This document shows positions 1-13,000 of a stretch of DNA of 64,000 nt, piece after piece (the first letter of the stretch is position 1; the number at the start of each line of letters is the position of its first letter). The notes under the pieces were generated by a model. The model was not told where the DNA came from. It did not search any database and saw nothing but the letters and a program-made list of their open reading frames with translations. Source of the DNA: Bugula neritina (taxonomy: Eukaryota > Animalia > Bryozoa); assembly GCA_964035545.1 (NCBI GenBank), contig OZ037771.1, positions 10,110,480 through 10,174,479 on the forward strand, written 5' to 3'. The position numbers and the translations under genes are program-made.

Positions 1-1060
1 ACACTCTGAGTAATACTGCAAAATGCTGAAATATACTGTAACACAGTGAAGTATACTGCAAAATTCTGAAACATACTGCAACATACTAAAACATGAGCAA
101 TATACTGAAAAATGCCTCAGCATACTCAAATATACTGCAAGATGCTGCAACATACGTAAATACACTGTAACATACTGAAATACACTGCAACATACTGCAG
201 CATACTGAAGTACACTGTAAAATATTGAAATACACTGCAACACATTGGAATATACTGCAACACACTGAAATATACTGCAACATACTGAAATATACTGCAA
301 CATACTGCAACATACTAAAGTGCACTGTAACATACTGTAACTTACTGAAATACACGGCAACAAACTGTAACATACTGAAACACACTGAAACATACTGAAA
401 CATACTGAAACATACTGAGACATACTGAAATACACTGCAACATACTGAAACATACTGAAATATACTGAAATATACTAAAATACACTGGAACACATTGAAA
501 AATACTGCAACATACTGAAAGACACTTCAACCCACTGAAGTATAGTGTAATATACGGAAATGTACTGTAACATACTGATATTTACTGTAACACACTGAAA
601 TATACTGCAACATACTGAAATACACTGTAACATACCGAAATAAACTGCAACATAATGCAACATACTGAATTACACTGTAACATACTAAAATACACTGCAA
701 CATTCTGCAACATACTTCAACGTACTGAAAGACACTGTAACATAATGAAATACACTGCAACACATTGAAATATACCGCAACAGACTGGAATATACTGCAA
801 CACATCCAAGTACATCGTAATATACGGACATGTACTGTAACATACTGGAACATACTGAAATACACTGCAACAAACTGTAACATACTGAAACACACTGAAA
901 CATACTGAAACATACTGAAACATACTGTAACATACTGAAACACACTGAAACATACTGAAACATACTGAGACATACTGAAATACACTGCAACATACTGCAA
1001 CATACTGAAATATACTGAAATATACTGAAATACACTGTAACACATTGAAAAATACCGCAA

Positions 1061-1134
1061 CATACTGAAAGACACTTCAACTCACTGAAGTATAGTGTAA
1101 TATACGGAAATGTACTGTAACATACTGATATTTA
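1061..1134 (+). repeat. Module-boundary landmark (example copy; ~109 copies by manual count): catactgaaagacact(a/t)caactcactgaagtatagtg(t/c)aatatac(g/a)gaaatgtact(g/c)taacatactgatattta
   Basis: The same run of atypical decamers opens every module, e.g. 531, 1081, 1371, 8519, 26866, 40274, 47317, 63694. Confidence 0.92.
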
Positions 1135-1860
1135 CTGTAACACACTGAAATGAACTGCAACATACTGAAATACACTGTAACATGCCAAAATAAACTGCAA
1201 CATACTGCAACATACTGAAATACACTGTAACATACTCAAATACACTGCAACATTCTGCAACATATTGAAATATACTGCAACACACTGAAATATACTGCAA
1301 CACACTGAAATATACTGCAAAATACTGAAATATACTTCAACATACTGCAACATACTGAAAGACACTACAACTCACTGAAGTATAGTGCAATATACAGAAA
1401 TGTACTCTAACATACTGATATTTAATGTTACACACTGAAATATACTAAAACATACTGAAATACACTGTAACATACCGAAATAAGCTGCAACATACTGCAA
1501 CATACTGAAATACACTGTAACATGATGAAGTACACTGCAACACATTGAAATACACTGCAACAAACTGAAATATACTGCAACATACTGAAATGTACTGCAA
1601 CATGCTGAAACTAATTGCAACATATCGAAGTATATCGTAAAATACGGACATGTACTGTAACATACTGAAACACACTGAAACATACTGAAACATACTGAAA
1701 CATACTGAAACATACTGAGATACACTGCAACATACTGCAACATACTGAAATACACTGTAACATGATGAAATACACTGCAACACATTGGAATATACTGCAA
1801 CAAACTGGAATATACTGCAACATACTGAAATGTGCTGCAACATACTGAAATACATTACAA

Positions 1861-1900
1861 TATATCGAAGTATATCGTAATATACGGACATGTACTGTAA
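1861..1900 (+). repeat. CpG-rich subunit cassette (example copy): tatatcgaagtatatcgtaatatacggacatgtactgtaa, recurring every 230-240 bp inside the long modules
   Basis: Seen at 1621/1861, 3041/3271, ~8770/9000/9240, ~24100/24340/24580, ~25480/25720/25960 and ~44190/44430. Confidence 0.9.
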
Positions 1901-4900
1901 CATACTGAAACACACTGAAACATACTGAAACATACTAAAATATACTGAAACATACTGAAATACACTGTAACACATTGAAAAATACTGCAACATACTGAAG
2001 GACACTTCAACTCAATGAAGTATAGTGTAATATACAGAAATGTACTGTAACATACTGATATTTACTGTAACACACTGAAATATACTGCAACATACTGAAA
2101 TACACTGTAACATACCGAAATAAACTGCAACATAATGCAACATACTGAATTACACTGTAACATACTAAAATACACTGCAACATTCTGCAACATACTTCAA
2201 CGTACTGAAAGACACTGTAACATAATGAAATACACTGCAACACATTGAAATATACCGCAACAGACAGGAATATACTGCAACACATCCAAGTACATAGTAG
2301 TATACGGACATGTACTGTAACATACTGGAACATACTGAAACATACTGCAACATTCTGAAGTACACTGTAAAATATTGAAATACACCGCAACAAACTGCAA
2401 CATATTGAAGTACACTGTACATATTGAAAAACACTGCAACACACTGAAATATACTGCAACACACTGAAATATACTGCAAAAAAACTGAATTATACTTCAA
2501 CATACTGCAACATACTGAAAGACACTACAACTCACTGAAGTATAGTGCAATTAAAAGAAATGTATTCTAACATACTGATATTTAATGTTACACACTGAAA
2601 TATACTACAACATACTGAAATACACTGCAACATACCGAAATAAGCTGCAACATACTGCAACATACTGAAATACACTGTAACATGATGTAGTACACTGCAA
2701 CACATTGAAATATACTGCAACAGACTGAAATATACTGCAAAATACTGAATTATACTTCAACATACTGCAACATACTGAAAGACACTACAACTCACTGAAG
2801 TATAGTGCAATATACAGAAATGTACTCTAACATACTGATATTTAATGTTACACACTGAAATATACTACAACATACTGAAATACACTGTAACATACCGAAA
2901 TAAGCTGCAACATACTGCAACATACTGAAATACACTGTAACATGATGAAGTACACTGCAACACATTGAAATACACTGCAACAAACTGAAATATACTGCAT
3001 CATACTGAAATGTACTGCAACATACTGAAATACATTGCAACATATCGAAGTATATCGTAATAAACGGACATGTACTGAAACATACTGAAACACACTGAAA
3101 CATACTGAAACATACTGAAACATACTGAGATACACTGCAACATACTGCAACATACTGAAATACACTGTAACATGATGAAATACACTGCAACACATTGGAA
3201 TATACTGCAACAAACTGGAATATACTGCAACATACTGAAACGTGCTGCAACATACTGAAATACATTGCAATATATCGAAGTATATCGTAATATACGGACA
3301 TGTACTGCAACATACTGAAACACACTGAAACATACTGAAACATACTGAAATATACTGAAATATACTGAAATACACTGTAACACATTGAAAAATACTGCAA
3401 CATACTGAAAGACACTTCAACCCACTGAAGTATAGTGTAATATACGGAAATGTACTGTAACATACTGATATTTACTGTAACACACTGAAATATACTGCAA
3501 CATACTGAAATACACTGTAACATACCGAAATAAACTGCAAGATAATGCAACATACTGAATTACACTGTAACATACTAAAATACACTGTAACATTCTGCAA
3601 CATACTTCAACGTACTGAAAGACACTGTAACATAATGAAATACACTGCAACACATTGAAATATACCGCAACAGACTGGAATATACTGCAACACATCCAAG
3701 TACATCGTAATATACGGACATGTACTGTAACATACTGGAACATACTGAAATACACTGCAACAAACTGTAACATACTGAAACACACTGAAACATACTGAAA
3801 CATGCTGAAACATACTGTAACATACTGAAACACACTGAAACATACTGAAACATACTGAGACATACTGAAATACACCGCAACATACTGCAACATACTGAAA
3901 TATACTGAAATATACTGAAATACACTGTAACACATTGAAAAATACCGCAACATACTGAAAGACACTTCAACTCACTGAAGTATAGTGTAATATACGGAAA
4001 TGTACTGTAACATACTGATATTTACTGTAACACACTGAAATGAACTGCAACATACTGAAATACACTGTTACATGCCAAAATAAACTGCAACATACTGCAA
4101 CATACTGAAATACACTGTAACATACTCAAATACACTGCAACATTCTGCAACATATTGAAATATACTGCAACACACTGAAATATACTGCAACACACTGAAA
4201 TATACTGCAAAATACTGAAATATACTTCAACATACTGCAACATACTGAAAGACACTACAACTCACTGAAGTATAGTGCAATATACAGAAATGTACTCTAA
4301 CATACTGATATTTAATGTTACACACTGAAATATACTAAAACATACTGAAATACACTGTAACACACCGAAATAAGCTGCAACATACTGCAACATACTGAAA
4401 TACACCGTAACATGATGAAGTACACTGCAACACATTGAAATACACTGCAACAAACTGAAATATACTGCAACATACTGAAATGCACTGCAACATACTGAAA
4501 TACATTGCAACATATCGAAGTATATCGTAATAAATGGACATGTACTGAAACATACTGAAACATACTGAAACATACTGAAACATACTGAAACATACTGAAA
4601 TACACTGTAACAAACTGAAATACACTGCAACAAGTTGGAATATACTGCAACATACCCAAGTATATGGTAATATAATGAAATGTACTGCAACATACCGCAA
4701 CATACTCAAAAACACTGTAACAAACTGAAATACGCTGCAACACATTGGAATAAACTGCGACATATCGAAATAAATGGTAATATACTGAAATATATTGAAA
4801 TACACTGTAACACATTGAAAAATACTGCAACATACTGAAACACACTACAACTCGCTGAAGTATAGTGTAACTTACTGAAATGTACTGTAACATAATGATA

Positions 4901-7022
4901 TTTACTGCAACACACTGAAACATACTGCAACATACTGAAATACACTGTTACATACTAAAATACACTGCAACATACTAAAATACACTGCAACAACCTGCAA
5001 CATTCTGCAACATACTTCAACATACTGAAAAACACTGTAACAAACTGAAATACGCTGCAACACATTGGAATATACTGCAACATACCCAAATAAATGGTAA
5101 CATACTGAAATATACTGAAATACAATGTAACACATTGAAAAATACTGCAACACACTGAAAGACACTACAACTCACTGAAGTATAGTGTAATATATGAAAA
5201 CGTACTGTAACATACTGATATTTACTGCAACACACTGAAATATACTGCAACATACTGAAATACACTGTTACATGCCAAAATAAACTGCAACATACTGCAA
5301 CATACTGAAATACACTGTAACATACTCAAATACACGGCAACATTCTGCAACATATTGAAATATACTGCAACACACTGAAATATACTGCAACACATCCAAG
5401 TAGACTGTAATATACGGACATGTACTGTAACATACTGAAACAAAATGAAATATACTGTAACACTCTGAGTAATACTGCAAAATGCTGAAATATACTGTAA
5501 CACAGTGAAGTATACTGCAAAATTCTGAAACATACTGCAACATACTAAAACATGAGCAATATACTGAAAAATGCCTCAGCATACTCAAATATACTGCAAG
5601 ATGCTGCAACATACGTAAATACACTGTAACATACTGAAATACACTGCAACATACTGCAGCATACTGAAGTACACTGTAAAATATTGAAATACACTGCAAC
5701 ACATTGGAATATACTGCAACACACTGAAATATACTGCAACATACTGAAATATACTGCAACATACTGCAACATACTAAAGTGCACTGTAACATACTGTAAC
5801 TTACTGAAATACACGGCAACAAACTGTAACATACTGAAACACACTGAAACATACTGAAACATACTGAAACATACTGAGACATACTGAAATACACTGCAAC
5901 ATACTGAAACATACTGAAATATACTGAAATATACTAAAATACACTGGAACACATTGAAAAATACTGCAACATACTGAAAGACACTTCAACCCACTGAAGT
6001 ATAGTGTAATATACGGAAATGTACTGTAACATACTGATATTTACTGTAACACACTGAAATATACTGCAACATACTGAAATACACTGTAACATACCGAAAT
6101 AAACTGCAACATAATGCAACATACTGAATTACACTGTAACATACTAAAATACACTGCAACATTCTGCAACATACTTCAACGTACTGAAAGACACTGTAAC
6201 ATAATGAAATACACTGCAACACATTGAAATATACCGCAACAGACTGGAATATACTGCAACACATCCAAGTACATCGTAATATACGGACATGTACTGTAAC
6301 ATACTGGAACATACTGAAATACACTGCAACAAACTGTAACATACTGAAACACACTGAAACATACTGAAACATGCTGAAACATACTGTAACATACTGAAAC
6401 ACACTGAAACATACTGAAACATACTGAGACATACTGAAATACACTGCAACATACTGCAACATACTGAAATATGCTGAAATATACTGAAATACACTGTAAC
6501 ACATTGAAAAATACCGCAACATACTGAAAGACACTTCAACTCACTGAAGTATAGTGTAATATACGGAAATGTACTGTAACATACTGATATTTACTGTAAC
6601 ACACTGAAATATACTGCAACATACTGAAATACACTGTTACATGCCAAAATAAACTGCAACATACTGCAACATACTGAAATACACTGTAACATACTCAAAT
6701 ACACTGCAACATTCTGCAACATATTGAAATATACTGCAACACACTGAAATATACTGCAACACACTGAAATATACTGCAAAACACTGAAATATACTTCAAC
6801 ATACTGCAACATACTGAAAGACACTACAACTCACTGAAGTATAGTGCAATATACAGAAATGTACTCTAACATACTGATATTTAATGTTACACACTGAAAT
6901 ATACTACAACATACTGAAATACACTGTAACATACCGAAATAAGCTGCAACATACTGCAACATACTGAAATACACTGTAACATGATGAAGTACACTGCAAA
7001 ACATTGAAATACACTGCAACAA

Positions 7023-10000
7023 ACTGAAATATACTGCAACACATCCAAGTAGACTGTAATATACGGACATGTACTGTAACATACTGAAACAAAATGAAAT
7101 ATACTGTAACACTCTGAGTAATACTGCAAAATGCTGAAATATACTGTAACACAGTGAAGTATACTGCAAAATTCTGAAACATACTGCAACATACTAAAAC
7201 ATGAGCCATATACTGAAAAATGCCTCAGCATACTCAAATATACTGCAAGATGCTGCAACATACGTAAATACACTGTAACATACTGAAATACACTGCAACA
7301 TACTGCAGCATAGTGAAGTACACTGTAAAATATTGAAATACACTGCAACACATTGGAATATACTGCAACACACTGAAATATACTGCAACATACTGAAATA
7401 TACTGCAACATACTGCAACATACTAAAGTGCACTGTAGCATACTGTAACTTACTGAAATACACTGCAACAAACTGTAACATACTGAAACACACTGAAACA
7501 TACTGAAACATACTGAAACATACTGTAAGATACTGAAACACACTGAAACATACTGAAACATACTGAGACATACTGAAATACACTGCAACATACTGAAACA
7601 TACTGAAATATACTGAAATATACTAAAATACACTGGAACACATTGAAAAATACTGCAACATACTGAAAGACACTTCAACCCACTGAAGTATAGTGTAATA
7701 TACGGAAATGTACTGTAACATACTGATATTTACTGTAACACACTAAAATATACTGCAACATACTGAAATACACTGTAACATACCGAAATAAACTGCAACA
7801 TAATGCAACATACTGAATTACACTGTAACATACTAAAATACACTGCAACATTCTGCAACATACTTCAACGTACTGAAAGACACTGTAACATAATGAAATA
7901 CACTGCAACACATTGAAATATACCGCAACAGACTGGAATATACTGCAACACATCCAAGTACATCGTAATATACGGACATGTACTGTAACATACTGGAACA
8001 TACAGAAATACACTGCAACAAACTGTAACATACTGAAACACACTGAAACATACTGAAACATACTGAAACATACTGTAACATACTGAAACACACTGAAACA
8101 TACTGAAACATACTGAGACATACTGAAATACACTGCAACATACTGCAACATACTGAAATATACTGAAATATACTGAAATACACTCTAACACATTGAAAAA
8201 TACCGCAACATACTGAAAGACACTTCAACTCACTGAAGTATAGTGTAATATACGGAAATGTACTGTAACATACTGATATTTACTGTAACACACTGAAATG
8301 AACTGCAACATACTGAAATACACTGTTACATGCCAAAATAAACTGCAACATACTGCAACATACTGAAATACACTGTAACATACTCAAATACACTGCAACA
8401 TTCTGCAACATATTGAAATATACTGCAACACACTGAAATATACTGCAACACACTGAAATATACTGCAAAATACTGAAATATACTTCAACATACTGCAACA
8501 TACTGAAAGACACTACAACTCACTGAAGTATAGTGCAATATACAGAAATGTACTCTAACATACTGATATTTAATGTTACACACTGAAATATACTAAAACA
8601 TACTGAAATACACTGTAACATACCGAAATAAGCTGCAACATACTGCAACATACTGAAATACACTGTAACATGATGAAGTACACTGCAACACATTGAAATA
8701 CACTGCAACAAACTGAAATATACTGCAACATACTGAAATGTACTGCAACATACTGAAATACATTGCAACATATCGAAGTATATTGTAATAAACGGACATG
8801 TACTGAAACATACTGAAACACACTGAAACATACGGAAACATACTGAAACATACTGAAATACACTGCAACAAACTGCAACATACTGAAACATACTGTAACA
8901 TGATGAAAAACACTGCAACACATTGAAATATACTGCAACAAACTGAAATATACTGCAACATACTGAAACGTACTGCAACATACTGAAACTAATTGCAACA
9001 TATCGAAGTATATCGTAAAATACGGACATGTACTGTAACATACTGAAACACACTGAAACATACTGAAACATACTGAAACATACTGAAACATACTGAGATA
9101 CACTGCAACATACTGCAACATACTGAAATACACTGTAACATGATGAAATACACTGCAACACATTGGAATATACTGCAACAAACTGGAATATACTGCAACA
9201 TACTGAAATGTGCTGCAACATACTGAAATACATTGCAATATATCGAAGTATATCGTAATATACGGACATGTACTGTAACATACTGAAACACACTGAAACA
9301 TACTGAAACATACTAAAATATACTGAAACATACTGAAATACACTGTAACACATTGAAAAATACTGCAACATACTGAAGGACACTTCAACTCACTGAAGTA
9401 TAGTGTAATATACAGAAATGTACTGTAACATACTGATATTTACTATAACACACTGAAATATACTGCAACATACTGAAATACACTGTAACATACCGAAATA
9501 AACTGCAACATAATGCAACATACTGAATTACACTGTAACATACTAAAATACACTGCAACATTCTGCAACATACTTCAACGTACTGAAAGACACTGTAACA
9601 TAATGAAATACACTGCAACACATTGAAATATACCGCAACAGACAGGAATATACTGCAACACATCCAAGTACATAGTAGTATACGGACATGTACTGTAACA
9701 TACTGGAACATACTGAAACATACTGCAACATTCTGAAGTACACTGTAAGATATTGAAATACACCGCAACAAACTGCAACATATTGAAGTACACTGTACAT
9801 ATTGAAAAACACTGCAACACACTGAAATATACTGCAACACACTGAAATATACTGCAAATAAACTGAATTATACTTCAACATACTGCAACATACTGAAAGA
9901 CACTACAACTCACTGAAGTATAGTGCAATATACAGAAATGTATTCTAACATACTGATATTTAATGTTACACACTGAAATATACTACAACATACTGAAATA

Positions 10001-13000
10001 CACTGCAACATACCGAAATAAGCTGCAACATACTGCAACATACTGAAATACACTGTAACATGATGTAGTACACTGCAACACATTGAAATATACTGCAACA
10101 CACTGAAATATACTGCAAAATACTGAATTATACTTCAACATACTGCAACATACTGAAAGACACTACAACTCATTGAAGTATAGTGCAATATACAGAAATG
10201 TACTCTAACATACTGATATTTAATGTTACACACTGAAATATACTACAACATACTGAAATACACTGTAACATACCGAAATAAGCTGCAACATACTGCAACA
10301 TACTGAAATACACTGTAACATGATGAAGTACACTGCAACACATTGAAATACACTGCAACAAACTGAAATATACTGCATCATACTGAAATGTACTGCAACA
10401 TACTGAAATACATTGCAACATATCGAAGTATATCGTAATAAACGGACATGTACTGAAACATACTGAAACACACTGAAACATACTGAAACATACTGAAACA
10501 TACTGAAATACACTGCAACAAACTGCAACATACTGAAACATACTGTAACATGATGAAAAACACTGCAACACATTGAAATATACTGCAACAAACTGAAATA
10601 TACTGCAACATACTGAAACGTACTGCAACATACTGAAACTAATTGCAACATATCGAAGTATATCGTAAAATACGGACATGTACTGTAACATACTGAAACA
10701 CACTGAAACATACTGAAACATACTGAAACATACTGAAACATACTGAGATACACTGCAACATACTGCAACATACTGAAATACACTGTAACATGATGAAATA
10801 CACTGCAACACATTGGAATATACTGCAACAAACTGGAATATACTGCAACATACTGAAACGTGCTGCAACATACTGAAATACATTGCAATATATCGAAGTA
10901 TATCGTAATATACGGACATGTACTGTAACATACTGAAACACACTGAAACATACTGAAACATACTAAAATATACTGAAACATACTGAAATACACTCTAACA
11001 CATTGAAAAATACTGCAACATACTGAAGGACACTTCAACTCACTGAAGTATAGTGTAATATACAGAAATGTACTGTAACATACTGATATTTACTGTAACA
11101 CACTGAAATATACTGCAACATACTGAAATACACTGTAACATACCGAAATAAGCTGCAACATAATGCAACATACTGAATTACACTGTAACATACTAAAATA
11201 CACTGCAACATTCTGCAACATACTTCAACGTACTGAAAGACACTGTAACATAATGAAATACACTGCAACACATTGGAATATACCGCAACAGACAGGAATA
11301 TACTGCAACACATCCAAGTACATAGTAGTATACGGACATGTACTGTAACATACTGGAACATACTGAAACATACTGCAACATTCTGAAGTACACTGTAAAA
11401 TATTGAAATACACCGCAACAAACTGCAACATATTGAAGTACACTGTACATATTGAAAAACACTGCAACACACTGAAATATACTGCAACACACTGAAATAT
11501 ACTGCAAAAAAACTGAATTATACTTCAACATACTGCAACATACTGAAAGACACTACAACTCACTGAAGTATAGTACAATATACAGAAATGTATTCTAACA
11601 TACTGATATTTAATGTTACACACTGAAATATACTACAACATACTGAAATACACTGCAACATACCGAAATAAGCTGCAACATACTGCAACATACTGAAATA
11701 CACTGTAACATGATGTAGTACACTGCAACACATTGAAATATACTGCAACACAATGAAATATACTGCAAAATACTGAAATATACTGCAACACATCCAAGTA
11801 GACTGTAATATACGGACATGTACTGTAACATACTGAAACAAAATGAAATATACTGTAACACTCTGAGTAATACTGCAAAATGCTGAAATATACTGTAACA
11901 CAGTGAAGTATACTGCAAAATTCTGAAACATACTGCAACATACTAAAACATGAGCCATATACTGAAAAATGCCTCAGCATACTCAAATATACTGCAAGAT
12001 GCTGCAACATACGTAAATACACTGTAACATACTGAAATACACTGCAACATACTGCAGCATAGTGAAGTACACTGTAAAATATTGAAATACACTGCAACAC
12101 ATTGGAATATACTGCAACACACTGAAATATACTGCAACATACTGAAATATACTGCAACATACTGCAACATACTAAAGTGCACTGTAGCATACTGTAACTT
12201 ACTGAAATACACTGCAACAAACTGTAACATACTGAAACACACTGAAACATACTGAAACATACTGAAACATACTGTAAGATACTGAAACACACTGAAACAT
12301 ACTGAAACATACTGAGACATACTGAAATACACTGCAACATACTGAAACATACTGAAATATACTGAAATATACTAAAATACACTGGAACACATTGAAAAAT
12401 ACTGCAACATACTGAAAGACACTTCAACCCACTGAAGTATAGTGTAATATACGGAAATGTACTGTAACATACTGATATTTACTGTAACACACTAAAATAT
12501 ACTGCAACATACTGAAATACACTGTAACATACCGAAATAAACTGCAACATAATGCAACATACTGAATTACACTGTAACATACTAAAATACACTGCAACAT
12601 TCTGCAACATACTTCAACGTACTGAAAGACACTGTAACATAATGAAATACACTGCAACACATTGAAATATACCGCAACAGACTGGAATATACTGCAACAC
12701 ATCCAAGTACATCGTAATATACGGACATGTACTGTAACATACTGGAACATACAGAAATACACTGCAACAAACTGTAACATACTGAAACACACTGAAACAT
12801 ACTGAAACATACTGAAACATACTGTAACATACTGAAACACACTGAAACATACTGAAACATACTGAGACATACTGAAATACACTGCAACATACTGCAACAT
12901 ACTGAAATATACTGAAATATACTGAAATACACTGTAACACATTGAAAAATACCGCAACATACTGAAAGACACTTCAACTCACTGAAGTATAGTGTAATAT

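Larger units (their letters stand above)
1..7039 (+). repeat. 5459 bp HOR, left block (one full copy plus a partial, mosaic second copy); 11 modules: 550,290,640,520,260,630,550,290,590,320,819
   Basis: Landmarks at 531,1081,1371,2011,2531,2791,3421,3971,4261,4851,5171,5990; the intervals sum to 5459. ORF 86..493 recurs at 5545..5952 (+5459). Colinearity is lost at ~7040. Confidence 0.93.

Noticed and set aside
1071-1098. Small dyads in the landmark (acttca-N6-tgaagt; cacta...tagtg) and the acatgt palindrome in the cassette
   Set aside because: Stems of 5-6 bp are expected by chance in this composition and are too weak to call as structures or terminators.
2541-2560. Clustered change tatacagaaa to ttaaaagaaa creating a TTAA (possible piggyBac footprint)
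   Set aside because: There is no length change, duplication or element remnant. It is useful only as a 5459-family marker.
11163-11348. + strand 61 aa ORF (and its copy at 15912..16097)
   Set aside because: It is a chance stop-free run created by one SNP (cattgg) in the satellite.
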